Part shown: positions 20,740 through 29,538 of the stretch, in pieces
Numbering within the stretch: the first letter of the stretch is position 1
Layout: each line of letters starts with the position of its first letter
IMG/VR virus record: IMGVR_UViG_3300020388_000028
Coordinates: 1 to 41,266 of that record
DNA length: 41,266 nt
Direction: 5' to 3' (one strand)
DNA from: a virus
Lineage: Duplodnaviria; Caudoviricetes
Made by a program: the position numbers and the translations under genes
Notes under the pieces: generated by a model
Seen by the model: only the letters and a program-made list of their open reading frames with translations
The model's database searches: none
Told to the model about the DNA's origin: nothing

Positions 20740-21209
20740 TAAACATCATACTTCGCTAAGGGGTCATCACCTGGCGGTTCTTCTTCCGTTTTCAGTTTGG
20801 CTCTAGCGCTGGGCGTTAAACCAAACTCAGTAAGGTAAGAACGAAATGTACTTTCTGCTTTTTCTAGCTGTTGAACTTGCGGCAATGCTTTATGAAAAAC
20901 AGCACCATCCTCACGTGTTGATTCATAGGTAGTGCCACCGTGATCTTTTATTTGCTTTTGTAGGTCACGAATGCGCGCATAAACTGAAACCAAAACCTCA
21001 AGAGCCATTTCATCGGCCAAAGTAAGAACACCCATTTTATCTAAATGGGTGCATAACTTTTTCCATGCGGTTTTAGCTTTAGAATCTAAGTGAGCGGGAC
21101 AGCGTGGTATCCCGCGTTGCGGTTTCGGCTCTTGCTTGTTGATGGCGCGCTTGCTCGGGTTACCTTTTATCAAGCGCAATGCTGTCGGTACCGGTTTAGG
21201 CGATGCCAT
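20739..21209 (-). CDS. Terminase small subunit (P27 family)
   Basis: PKPVPTAL...GNPSKR and EFGLTPSAR motifs. Confidence 0.95.
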   Translation of the reverse strand: MASPKPVPTALRLIKGNPSKRAINKQEPKPQRGIPRCPAHLDSKAKTAWKKLCTHLDKMGVLTLADEMALEVLVSVYARIRDLQKQIKDHGGTTYESTREDGAVFHKALPQVQQLEKAESTFRSYLTEFGLTPSARAKLKTEEEPPGDDPLAKYDV

Positions 21210-21310
21210 AATTTCGTTCTCAAAAAAAAGTTTGGAAGTTGCGGGGGTGTAAAAAAAGCTAGGGCGGCGGTACTGTGTGGAAAGGCTCCAGACTTTTGAC
21301 CTACCCCTCC
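21210..21310. other. Probable cos (packaging) region
   Basis: Intergenic, directly upstream of terS; minus strand GGGAGGGGTAGGTCAAAAGTC...ACCGCCGCCCTAGCTTTTTTTACACCC resembles this region in HK97/P27-type phages; exact cut site not determinable. Confidence 0.6.
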
Positions 21311-21492
21311 CCTTCGCCGTTTCCTAGCGTTACTGCACAAACAATCGTTGCAGTAACAATATTTTCTGGTTCAATTTTATGTATATCTATTGATTTAACA
21401 TGATCAATAGCAACATCGCCTACTGAAACCTTTAATTGGTTAGTAATCGAGGGGTTATCAGATTCACCTGAACATATATTAATAATCGGCAT
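21301..21492 (-). CDS. Hypothetical protein
   Basis: ORF overlapping the HNH stop; likely start MPIINI at 21492. Confidence 0.5.
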   Translation of the reverse strand: MPIINICSGESDNPSITNQLKVSVGDVAIDHVKSIDIHKIEPENIVTATIVCAVTLGNGEGEG

Positions 21493-21847
21493 GGCGTTCT
21501 CTTGCGGTCTTGGCTTTGTGACAACTATCACAAAGAGATTGAAGGTTGCTCATTGCATCAGTGCCACCATGTTCTTTTGCTTTGATGTGGTCCACTGTTG
21601 TTGCTTTAATATATTTACCTGTGGCCCTGCATGACTGGCAAAGATAAGCATCACGCTTCAATGCTTGCTTACGGATTAACTCCCAGTCTCTACCATATCC
21701 ACGCTGATGGCGGTTACCTTTGGCCTTCTCATTAGCGAACCAGCCTGCCTTATCTTTGTGGGCTTCACAGTACCCCTGATACTTACTACTGAACACTAAG
21801 TTAGGGCATCGGCTTACCCTACATGCTTTGGCTGGCTTACTGGGCAT
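21479..21847 (-). CDS. Terminase-associated HNH endonuclease (HK97 gp74-like)
   Basis: RGYGRDW, CQSC, VDHI, NLQSLCDSCH; upstream of terS. Confidence 0.93.
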   Translation of the reverse strand: MPSKPAKACRVSRCPNLVFSSKYQGYCEAHKDKAGWFANEKAKGNRHQRGYGRDWELIRKQALKRDAYLCQSCRATGKYIKATTVDHIKAKEHGGTDAMSNLQSLCDSCHKAKTARERHADY

Positions 21848-21849
21848 TA

Positions 21850-22143
21850 TTAAACCTCGCCCTCTAATGGTCTTAGCCCATCTTCGGGATTACCACGTTC
21901 GAAAGTGTACCGGCTGAAATTGGTGCTTTTTAAATACTTCTGAATGCCAACGCGTATTTTAAAACTGTACTGGCCGCTTCCATTGGATATGCGGGCAAGC
22001 CTGTTACCTGCATGTGAAATCTGACAAGTGAAGAGCCGACGACCACGGAGAGGGCTATATACTTTGAGGGTGGCAGTGTTTATTTCGGATTCAACTACTA
22101 ATCCATCGGGGGTGTTGATGGTTGAGTAAGCCATGGGGCTCAA
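21850..22143 (-). CDS. Hypothetical protein
   Basis: 97-aa ORF coupled to the holin stop. Confidence 0.55.
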   Translation of the reverse strand: MSPMAYSTINTPDGLVVESEINTATLKVYSPLRGRRLFTCQISHAGNRLARISNGSGQYSFKIRVGIQKYLKSTNFSRYTFERGNPEDGLRPLEGEV

Positions 22144-22475
22144 TCCTCGTTTGTGCTCCCCATCTCTGCCATTTCTCTAATAGTCAGATTGTGAAGCTGC
22201 TGTTTTCGAATTTCTTCAGCTTGCTTGTACTTATCATCACGCAGTTTGAAGTAGAAGTTAACTAACAGGCCGACCACACCAATAAAAACACCGGCCAATA
22301 TGCCGAATTCTTGCGAGGTCATTACGCCCCAAAGCGCTGAGAATCCACCGCCGACATAAGTTGTAATTGATGCTTTATCGGTCATGGTGAATGTTCTATC
22401 TGTTGGTTCGTGAGTAATCATGTTGCTGTGTCCTTTTATGGCTTCAACAACATGTTCATGCAAATGATGCTCCAT
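22140..22475 (-). CDS. Holin (HP1-like); alternative start at 22385
   Basis: TYVGGGFSALWG...FGILAGVFIGVVGLLVNFYFK hydrophobic segment with a charged tail; in the lysis cluster. Confidence 0.75.
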   Translation of the reverse strand: MEHHLHEHVVEAIKGHSNMITHEPTDRTFTMTDKASITTYVGGGFSALWGVMTSQEFGILAGVFIGVVGLLVNFYFKLRDDKYKQAEEIRKQQLHNLTIREMAEMGSTNED

Positions 22476-22493
22476 TATAAATTAGCCTTTAGA

Positions 22494-22997
22494 CTAATTC
22501 TTAATACTGGTTAGCATTTTTGTTTTTTCGCTACTTGAACGAGTAGTGCCGAACCAATACTGCATAGCACCGCCCCACTCTTTAACTGCAACACCCAATA
22601 ACATATAAAGCACTTCTTTGGCGCCTTCAGGGATTGGCTGAAAAAATAGTAGGTAAATAATCAAAACAATAAGCAAAGTAAGGCCAATGCTTAATATTGC
22701 TGGCATCTTACTTTGGTTATGGGTCTGTCTAGCGTTCTGCTTGTCGGCCAGCTCGGACTTGGTGGTTTCTAAAGCAATATTTTCTAGCTCGGCTTTATGG
22801 GTAAGCTCTATTTGCTTTAGCTTTAATGCTGAATCAGGATCAGCGACAATAGCTTGGGCTATTTGTTCAGGCTCATTACCCGTGCCAAAGGTAGATGCGA
22901 CAATAGAACCGATCCCCGTACCCAATGGGCCACCTAACGCGGTTCCCAGTAAAGGCGCAAAGTCTGCAACCTGTTTACCTAAGTCTGACCAATTCAT
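22494..22997 (-). CDS. Holin-like membrane protein (glycine zipper plus two C-terminal hydrophobic helices)
   Basis: Start MNWSDL overlaps the lysozyme stop (ATGA); LGTALGGPLG; YWFGTTRSS motif. Confidence 0.7.
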   Translation of the reverse strand: MNWSDLGKQVADFAPLLGTALGGPLGTGIGSIVASTFGTGNEPEQIAQAIVADPDSALKLKQIELTHKAELENIALETTKSELADKQNARQTHNQSKMPAILSIGLTLLIVLIIYLLFFQPIPEGAKEVLYMLLGVAVKEWGGAMQYWFGTTRSSSEKTKMLTSIKN

Positions 22998-23497
22998 TGC
23001 CATTCCCCCGAACGCATCTGATCGGCCAGCTCTTGGGCGCGGGATGGTGTATCTTTTTTGAACCACTTACTATCAAGCATCTGATCAGCGCATTCATTAT
23101 AATTCTTAGCGTCAAATGCTTTTAATGTGTTAGTAAAGCTCAACACACCTTTTAAGCCCATTTGGAAAACCATATTAATAATAACCGCTCGGCGGGCATC
23201 ATTATGACCAGCAAAACAAAATGCCTGGTAACAGTTCTCTTCAACGTTAGCTAAATCATTCTGAAATAGCACATCGGCTTGTTTTTCGGTGATTGGCGCC
23301 ACCTTTAACCGATCAATAACTTCCTGAATGGTTAGATGGCCTTCACCTAGTAAGGCGTATTGTTCTGATGTGGATAACCCATTAGTTTCTAGGTTTCGGC
23401 CATAACCGATAGTCCAGTAACCCGCAGAGCATTTATAAGCAGACAAGCGCAAGCCTTCATGCCTTTTTAATTGGCTGAAAAGTTTTGCGTAGTTCAC
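22994..23497 (-). CDS. Endolysin, GH24 lysozyme
   Basis: HEGLRLSAYKCSAGYWTIGYG catalytic region; NMVFQMG; DSKW. Confidence 0.93.
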   Translation of the reverse strand: MNYAKLFSQLKRHEGLRLSAYKCSAGYWTIGYGRNLETNGLSTSEQYALLGEGHLTIQEVIDRLKVAPITEKQADVLFQNDLANVEENCYQAFCFAGHNDARRAVIINMVFQMGLKGVLSFTNTLKAFDAKNYNECADQMLDSKWFKKDTPSRAQELADQMRSGEWQ

Positions 23498-23512
23498 TTG
23501 GATACCTTAAAT

Positions 23513-23541
23513 AAAAAAGCCCCAATCGAATGATTAGGGCT
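23513..23541 (-). terminator. tR'-like terminator upstream of the lysis genes
   Basis: AGCCCTAATC-attc-GATTGGGGCT followed by a T run on the minus strand. Confidence 0.75.
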
Positions 23542-23569
23542 GTAGTGGTAACTAGTACCAGAGTAATGA

Positions 23570-23637
23570 ATTATGCCATTTTCAGATGGCGCTTTTTTCC
23601 CAACATCTGGTGTTTTTAATGCAAAATATGGTGTTTT
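23570..23637 (-). promoter_or_regulatory. Late promoter (pR'-like) with three phased direct repeats
   Basis: Extended -10 TGgCATAAT at 23578-23570; TGGYGYTTT (plus) at 23587, 23608 and 23629. Confidence 0.55.
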
Positions 23638-23639
23638 AC

Positions 23640-23981
23640 TTAGTTTAAGCGCGAAATTAAGAGGTTTTCTGCTTCTCTTAGGTAGTAATCATTGCGTACT
23701 TTGTTCTTTATGTACTTATCTTTTAGCGCAAGCTTAAAGTTGTGCGGCAGCTTATCAACCACATTGCCGATTTCTTCAATGTGCTCGGGTACAAATAAGT
23801 TATCAGCCTGGTGGCTAAATAAGTGAAGGTCGGATGATATTAAAACTTCAGTTCTGAGCATTTCACATATTCGGGCGGTTACTGACTGCTTCGCATAACC
23901 CTGCCCTTGTTCGGCTCTGGCCCAGAACGAACCCCAAACCCTAAGATCCTTTCTTACTTGTTTTATTGTTTTAAGCGGCAT
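23640..23981 (-). CDS. Q-like late antiterminator/activator
   Basis: Start MPLKTI; LRVWGSFW motif; position just upstream of the late promoter and terminator. Confidence 0.6.
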   Translation of the reverse strand: MPLKTIKQVRKDLRVWGSFWARAEQGQGYAKQSVTARICEMLRTEVLISSDLHLFSHQADNLFVPEHIEEIGNVVDKLPHNFKLALKDKYIKNKVRNDYYLREAENLLISRLN

Positions 23982-24195
23982 GGCGTAGGCCCTCAATTTC
24001 CACCAAAGAGAAATGAAGCATTTCGACAATAAGTATAACATCATCAAATGGTGGGCGCGAAAGGCCGGTTTCCCAGTTATATATAGTATTGACTGCGAAG
24101 CCGGTTAACTCGGCAATCTCAACCCTAGAATAACCGCGTCTAGTTCTGGCTTCTTTTATTATTATACCGCCTTGGGTCGGTCTACCTTTTGCCAT
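23971..24195 (-). CDS. XRE-family HTH protein
   Basis: IKEARTRRGYSRVEIAELTGFAVNTIYNWETG. Confidence 0.88.
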   Translation of the reverse strand: MAKGRPTQGGIIIKEARTRRGYSRVEIAELTGFAVNTIYNWETGLSRPPFDDVILIVEMLHFSLVEIEGLRHAA

Positions 24196-24478
24196 GCGCT
24201 TTACTCCCAGAAAACCATGCAACCAAAACAGGGTGCATCTTTATTGATGAAACAATTGCGAACGGGCCGGCTAACAAGAATGCTACCCCTTCACTGGTGA
24301 ACATACCATTAGCACTAAGCCCACCAATGATAGAAAACACAAAGAACTGGCTTACACCGATGAAAACAGCACCGATGGCAGAACCCCAGCAATTTGAATC
24401 TCTAACCATTAAGCTTTGAATGCCCAGTAAGAAAACTACAGCGAACTGAGATATAAAAATAATCAGCGCGGTAGCCAT
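24182..24478 (-). CDS. Small membrane protein (about 3 TM)
   Basis: Three hydrophobic segments; coupled to neighbouring genes. Confidence 0.7.
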   Translation of the reverse strand: MATALIIFISQFAVVFLLGIQSLMVRDSNCWGSAIGAVFIGVSQFFVFSIIGGLSANGMFTSEGVAFLLAGPFAIVSSIKMHPVLVAWFSGSKAHGKR

Positions 24479-24814
24479 TTAAGCCACCAACGCTGTTAAT
24501 TCAAATTCAATATACTCTTCGCCTTTTTTGCACGAATCATCAACATCAATAATTGCTCGGCGAATGCGCTTATCATCAAAACCATACTTTTTTTGAAGTA
24601 CATCAACGAAGGGCTTCACTGGATTGTCGAAATCTGATGCGGCGCTACTAAACCCAAACTTCAAGTAAATTTGTAAGCGGCCATCAGGAATAACAAGCGT
24701 ATTTGGCAGCAACCATTTAGTCGATAACTCATAGCTTTTATAGGCATCTGTTTTAAAGCGTCTACCCTTCCATGCCTTATTAACTGAAAGGGGCTTTATG
24801 CTTACTAGATTCAT
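24479..24814 (-). CDS. RusA-like Holliday junction resolvase
   Basis: PLSVNKAW and DFDNPVK..VDVL...FDD motifs. Confidence 0.85.
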   Translation of the reverse strand: MNLVSIKPLSVNKAWKGRRFKTDAYKSYELSTKWLLPNTLVIPDGRLQIYLKFGFSSAASDFDNPVKPFVDVLQKKYGFDDKRIRRAIIDVDDSCKKGEEYIEFELTALVA

Positions 24815-24881
24815 TGTTCTTGAGCCTTCTTGATTGGGGCTTTATGCTGTTTTGTGTATTCCATATTAGAAAACGCCAAAA

Positions 24882-26102
24882 CTACGCTACCTTACTGTAA
24901 TTATTATTGTTTTCGCCTTCGCTGTGATTTTCCATGGACGGGATAAGGACGGGTTTACTACCAAATAACCACGTATGATATTGCGCTAATGCCGCACGCT
25001 TAACCGTCATTGAGTCAGCATTGATATACACCAAATCAAGCCCCTTTTGCTTATGGTTTAGCAATCGTTCAGCAACCCAATAATCAACCCCTATCGTTGC
25101 CCATACACTGCGTGCCACCTTCCTCAAATCATGGGCAGACCATTTGCGCTTTGATACTTCTCTAACCACTTTATCTGCAGCACTTGAGCTAATAGGTTCA
25201 GCCCCACCAAAAAGATAATCACCTCGGCTATGGGCTTTATATTCGCTTAGCATTTCGTGGGCTTGAGTGGTAATAGGTAGAATGTGAACCACACCCGTTT
25301 TGGTTACCGTTTCGGGTAATGTGATAAGGCCACTGTTTAAATCTATGTAGCTCCACCGTAGCTGGCGAGTCTCACCGATACGGGTTGCAAACATCAGCAT
25401 GAATAACAGCATTACTCGAGTAGATTCAGAAACCGGTACCAATTGTTCTAATACGCCTTTTGCATCATCAACCAATAAACGGCTTTGCTTGGGTTCAATT
25501 CGGCGCTGAACGTGATCACGAAATTTCATACCCGCCATTGGGTTTACTGAAATAAGCTCTAATTCCTTAGCACTAGCAAATACCCGCTTTAATATGGCGA
25601 AGTATTGGCGAATGGTTGAGGGCTTAAGGTGCTGGTTTTGCAGTGGCAAAATAAGCTGCTCATCTATGGCTTGCTTGCGAACGGCGTTAATACTCACGCT
25701 ACCAAGGCGGGGTAACAAGTGCTTATCGATGGCACTTAACACCCCTTTGCGGCGGCTCTTACTTTTAAGCATTTCCTTTTCAGTGCGCTGGGCGTACCAG
25801 GTAAGCAACTCACCCACGGTTTTAAAATTACTACTCTGCACCTCTTTACCGTGATGAAGTTTTTCAATAATACTTGGCACCATGGCAACCACATCTTTCA
25901 TTTTAAGTGAGGGCCAGTAACCTAAACGGGTTCGCTGCTTGGTATTGCCCTTATTTACAAAATAACACCACGTAGCCTTATCACGGCTTTTATGGAAGCG
26001 TAAGCAAATTGGGTTTTTAACATCACGCAATTCGCTTACGTTATGATCCTTTGCATGCGTTTTAATGGCGCTGTCATTTAGGTTAATGGCGAGGTATTTC
26101 AT
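24882..26102 (-). CDS. Second tyrosine recombinase (integrase-like, internal)
   Basis: TRIGE, TKTG, HDLRK, LLNH and VY catalytic set; N-terminal arm-binding-like domain. Confidence 0.92.
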   Translation of the reverse strand: MKYLAINLNDSAIKTHAKDHNVSELRDVKNPICLRFHKSRDKATWCYFVNKGNTKQRTRLGYWPSLKMKDVVAMVPSIIEKLHHGKEVQSSNFKTVGELLTWYAQRTEKEMLKSKSRRKGVLSAIDKHLLPRLGSVSINAVRKQAIDEQLILPLQNQHLKPSTIRQYFAILKRVFASAKELELISVNPMAGMKFRDHVQRRIEPKQSRLLVDDAKGVLEQLVPVSESTRVMLLFMLMFATRIGETRQLRWSYIDLNSGLITLPETVTKTGVVHILPITTQAHEMLSEYKAHSRGDYLFGGAEPISSSAADKVVREVSKRKWSAHDLRKVARSVWATIGVDYWVAERLLNHKQKGLDLVYINADSMTVKRAALAQYHTWLFGSKPVLIPSMENHSEGENNNNYSKVA

Positions 26103-26344
26103 TTAGCGGTACCCAGAACAGTTAACAGTTGATAGCGGCCATTGTGAAAACGGATTTCATGGTATTCGTTACTTGTATCATTCAAATAGTTATACAGCGT
26201 CACTCTATCTATTCGTAAGGCTCTGGCGGCGGCAGACTTACAGCCTTCAAGCTTTAGCACCAACTCTGCAACGGTTTTAACGTCTACACGCTGGGGCACA
26301 ATAGGTTTGATGGGTGCCGCTACCTGTGGCACTCCGCTAAACAT
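26099..26344 (-). CDS. NinH-like HTH protein
   Basis: SAAARALRIDRVTLYNY (Fis-like HTH); nin-region position. Confidence 0.7.
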   Translation of the reverse strand: MFSGVPQVAAPIKPIVPQRVDVKTVAELVLKLEGCKSAAARALRIDRVTLYNYLNDTSNEYHEIRFHNGRYQLLTVLGTAK

Positions 26345-26666
26345 TATTTACCACGCTTATACCACCCGCTTTTTCTAAAGCGATAGCCAGCTTTTCTTTA
26401 TCTTCATCAATCATTCGTGGCGGGGTTCCAATAAAAATGAAATCACGTTTTCGAATGGTTGGCTTGGAGTGAGGCTTACATTCATAGCCTAGCGCTTTGA
26501 AGTATGCTAACTGCGCTGCTTGCTCGGCTTTAAAAGGAAGGTAAGGATCAATACAGGGCGGCCCACTAAGAAACCTACCAACTATCACGCGGGCTTTTTC
26601 GATTTGGTAAACTAAAATTGCTTCAGCAAGTCGAAGCCTCGCCTCTCTCTTTTCGTTAATCATCAC
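26337..26666 (-). CDS. Hypothetical protein
   Basis: ORF coupled on both sides. Confidence 0.6.
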   Translation of the reverse strand: MMINEKREARLRLAEAILVYQIEKARVIVGRFLSGPPCIDPYLPFKAEQAAQLAYFKALGYECKPHSKPTIRKRDFIFIGTPPRMIDEDKEKLAIALEKAGGISVVNNV

Positions 26667-26848
26667 TCCACCTCATTCCAAAGCTGCTCAAAGTAATCAG
26701 CATCATTCATGGGTATAGCGCTTTCGATTGCCCGTTCTTCTATTTGCTTCAAGCTATTCATGCGCTTTTTCATTTCAGGTGATTGGCTTTCCTTCTTCAC
26801 CTTTGACGGGTACTTAAAACTTTCTAATTCCTGACTCATGCTACGCAC
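26663..26848 (-). CDS. Hypothetical protein
   Basis: ORF coupled on both sides. Confidence 0.6.
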   Translation of the reverse strand: MRSMSQELESFKYPSKVKKESQSPEMKKRMNSLKQIEERAIESAIPMNDADYFEQLWNEVE

Positions 26849-27360
26849 TCCAAGTTATTTAATTCACCTTTGCTTAGTAGAGCTTCACGCGTAACAAAAG
26901 ACACATGCCCAGCGCCAATGCGGTGCGGGTCGAATACAAATATTACGGAACCTTTGTTGTTACCCGACTGAGGAACGCCGTGCTTATGAAAGGCTAAGCG
27001 ACCTTCTGTGATGAATCGAATTTCACTAGCGAACTGCGCGGCCAAACTGAACCATTTAACTGATGGGTCGCACATGACGAGCATCACAGTGCCACGGCCA
27101 TCGGCTTGCGCTTCAATGGCTTTTATTACCCATGGGGTGATTTTGCTATAAGGCGGGTTGCACCAGAGATAACCACCAATCCTATTCTCAAAAACTGAAC
27201 CGGCCACTGCCCATTGGCGAGAAAGCGCGTCATCTTCTATGGTCCAATAGTCTGAACACTTTGCGGTTTCATCTTCGGCACAAACATCAAACGCGAAACG
27301 AAACTCAGAATCTAGCGCGTTAAACACTGCTGGGGGTGTTGCCCATAAATCATTACTCAT
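26836..27360 (-). CDS. Phage N6-adenine DNA methyltransferase (phage Dam family)
   Basis: DLWATPP, FDVCA, WCNPPYS, GRLAF. Confidence 0.93.
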   Translation of the reverse strand: MSNDLWATPPAVFNALDSEFRFAFDVCAEDETAKCSDYWTIEDDALSRQWAVAGSVFENRIGGYLWCNPPYSKITPWVIKAIEAQADGRGTVMLVMCDPSVKWFSLAAQFASEIRFITEGRLAFHKHGVPQSGNNKGSVIFVFDPHRIGAGHVSFVTREALLSKGELNNLECVA

Positions 27361-27614
27361 TACGCTGCCCTCGCCTGGCGAATACTCATGAAAGACTTAA
27401 AACCGCTTGTGCGGCGATACTTTTGCATTTTCTCGCACATTTCCACGTAGCCTTTTTTCTTAAGCGCCTTCAGGTGATCCATTGCGCAATTAGGGTTAAC
27501 ACCAAAGTGTTCGCCAATGATGGTTATCGATGGGAAGTTATCTTGTTCTTCAATGAATTTATCAATGAAGTTCATGTATTCGATTTGCTTGCCTGTGGGT
27601 AATGGATTGTTCAT
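27360..27614 (-). CDS. LexA-like DNA-binding-domain-only protein
   Basis: TGKQ...FPS...IGEHFG...HLKALKKKGY winged helix; no peptidase domain. Confidence 0.8.
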   Translation of the reverse strand: MNNPLPTGKQIEYMNFIDKFIEEQDNFPSITIIGEHFGVNPNCAMDHLKALKKKGYVEMCEKMQKYRRTSGFKSFMSIRQARAA

Positions 27615-28324
27615 GCTGCTACCCCACGAAAACTAGGAACCTTGAATGGCAGTTGCATACCATTTTCAAGCACACGACTTACGCTGCGCTCACTCACGTA
27701 GCTGGCGACACCGTTTGAATCAAGGTTTGAAATTAAAATCGTTGGCCGCATGGCGTTATATCGCCCATCGATAACTTCGCAAATTATCTTCTTCTCGTTG
27801 GCGCTACCAGATTGAACCCCAACCTCATCTAATATAAGCAAGTCGTAGTGGCACAATTTACTTAGTTCTATACCCTCGCCGCCCTTCTCACCCCAACCAG
27901 AGCGAACCAGTTTGATTAAGTTTGAAACGGTAAAGTATTTTGGAGTTAATCCCATTGCTGCCAACTCTCGGCCTATGGCAATACTAAAGTGAGTCTTGCC
28001 CGTTCCGGGTTCCCCGAGCAACACCATTCCCCCTGGCAAACAATTCAAATCGGAAAAGCGTTTTACAAATCGATTAGCAATATCAACTAAGCGCTTATGC
28101 TCATTTGTTGGGGCAGTAAAGCTATCAAGAGAGACATGCTTAAACCGAGGGCTAAGCTCAGCGCTAAAAGCCTCTAGGGCGTGGTGCCCTTTCGTTTCCT
28201 CTCCACGCTCTTTGAACTGTTGAAGTTTCTGCACTGCACAGGATGGGCAGATAGGTTCTCTATTACTTGAATGCAGAGCAATGGCATTATTTTTAAATTC
28301 CCCGTGAATTTCACATATAGCCAT
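27611..28324 (-). CDS. DnaC/IstB-like helicase loader ATPase
   Basis: GEPGTGKT Walker A, LLILDEVG Walker B, PTILISN. Confidence 0.93.
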   Translation of the reverse strand: MAICEIHGEFKNNAIALHSSNREPICPSCAVQKLQQFKERGEETKGHHALEAFSAELSPRFKHVSLDSFTAPTNEHKRLVDIANRFVKRFSDLNCLPGGMVLLGEPGTGKTHFSIAIGRELAAMGLTPKYFTVSNLIKLVRSGWGEKGGEGIELSKLCHYDLLILDEVGVQSGSANEKKIICEVIDGRYNAMRPTILISNLDSNGVASYVSERSVSRVLENGMQLPFKVPSFRGVAA

Positions 28325-29122
28325 TTAGAAATTCCCCTTAATTTCACCGTAATCGGTACCGGTAAAGTTTTCTGGGGCTGGCATGCGGCCGTTTTGGCCT
28401 CGCTGCTTAGGAAACACCCCTGCCCATCTGCTGGTGATAGACATATTGATTGCATCTTCCACATCACACCCGTTGGCATAATCCTTGGTGAGCTGGTTAA
28501 TCAACTTCTTAGTTGCTAAGTCAGTTAGTGGTTTTTTAATGTCTTTGCGGTGCTGGATAAATTCCAACCATAGTGATTTAGATAAAAACTCAGGGAGTGT
28601 AATTTTTTCAGGAGAAAAACTATTTTCTTTTGTATTAATTTCTTTTGTTATAGTTTCTTTCTTTTGTGGGGGTCTAATCGGTTTAGTTTTTTCAACTGAT
28701 TGGTTAACTTCTCGAACTGATTGGTTAACTTCTGAAAACTGATTAGTTAACTTTTTATTATTTCCTTTCTTAACTGATTGGTTAACTTTCCATTCACTCA
28801 CTACAGGGTTAATGCCGGTCTTTTTACCCTGTTTAATGATGACGTTTTTGGCTTTAAGCGTTCGAATAGTTTTGCTTATATGTGCTTCACTCATGCCCGT
28901 GATTTCAGAAAGTTGGATGTTGGCAACCCAATCCTCTTTTTTGTGAAACCGGAATGTTTTAGAAATGAGTGAGAACAAAACCTGATATTCGCAGCCTGAT
29001 AAGCTGGCGCAGTTTTTAGCTAACGCATTAGTGAGCTCATGAGCTAACCTGTCATAGCCGTTCTCAATGTCTGCTTTCACGACTGGCCTTTCGAAGTTGA
29101 TTATTTCAGCGGTGTGGGTCAT
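28325..29122 (-). CDS. Replication initiator (lambda O-like)
   Basis: ADIENGYDRLA and KTFRFHKKEDW motifs; internal iterons. Confidence 0.92.
   Translation of the reverse strand: MTHTAEIINFERPVVKADIENGYDRLAHELTNALAKNCASLSGCEYQVLFSLISKTFRFHKKEDWVANIQLSEITGMSEAHISKTIRTLKAKNVIIKQGKKTGINPVVSEWKVNQSVKKGNNKKLTNQFSEVNQSVREVNQSVEKTKPIRPPQKKETITKEINTKENSFSPEKITLPEFLSKSLWLEFIQHRKDIKKPLTDLATKKLINQLTKDYANGCDVEDAINMSITSRWAGVFPKQRGQNGRMPAPENFTGTDYGEIKGNF
28694..28788. repeat. Origin iterons (4 copies of AACTGATTGGTTAACTT)
   Basis: Copies start at 28694, 28715, 28737 (one mismatch) and 28772; adjacent AT-rich tract at about 28620-28690. Confidence 0.88.
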
Positions 29123-29185
29123 ACTTACCTCGACGTTAATTCGTTAAACCCCGCAATTTGCTTTCCACGGCTAGCGGGGTTTTTT
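29097..29185 (+). ncRNA. oop-like antisense RNA with promoter and terminator
   Basis: TTGATT(29097)-17 bp-CATACT(29120) overlapping the O start codon, as in lambda pO; AAACCCCGC/GCGGGGTTT stem with T run ending at 29185. Confidence 0.65.
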
Positions 29186-29538
29186 AATGCCTGTAACAAT
29201 CACATTCTCAATTGTTACCGTTTTAAAGCTCACGCTTTGATGAAGATGGCTGGCGGGGTGAGTACTTTGCATCACTCCTTTCCACTTACATTGCCAAGCC
29301 GCAGTAAGCTTCAATTTTAATTGCCGCTTGGTTGCAACACTCGCGCAACCACCTTCTCAAAACGCCTTGTCTCTCCAAGTGTCACCCGTTTATCGCCATT
29401 GGTGCAGGTCACCAACCCATTGTCGTATCAGCTTGGAACATCAGTGGTCTATATGTCCTAACGCCGTGGACAGGCGGTTAAGCGGTACATATAGGCTGTT
29501 TAAAGCGCTGAACCAAACGCTACTGCTACTACTCAAAT

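Noticed and set aside
497-23125. Numerous plus-strand ORFs opposite the structural genes
   Set aside because: They look like antisense shadows of well-supported genes, with no recognisable motifs
23516-24843. 12-bp inverted match AAAGCCCCAATC (23516) / GATTGGGGCTTT (24832) as inversion sites for the internal recombinase
   Set aside because: Short, one copy is a terminator arm, and it lacks core-site dyad structure; probably chance
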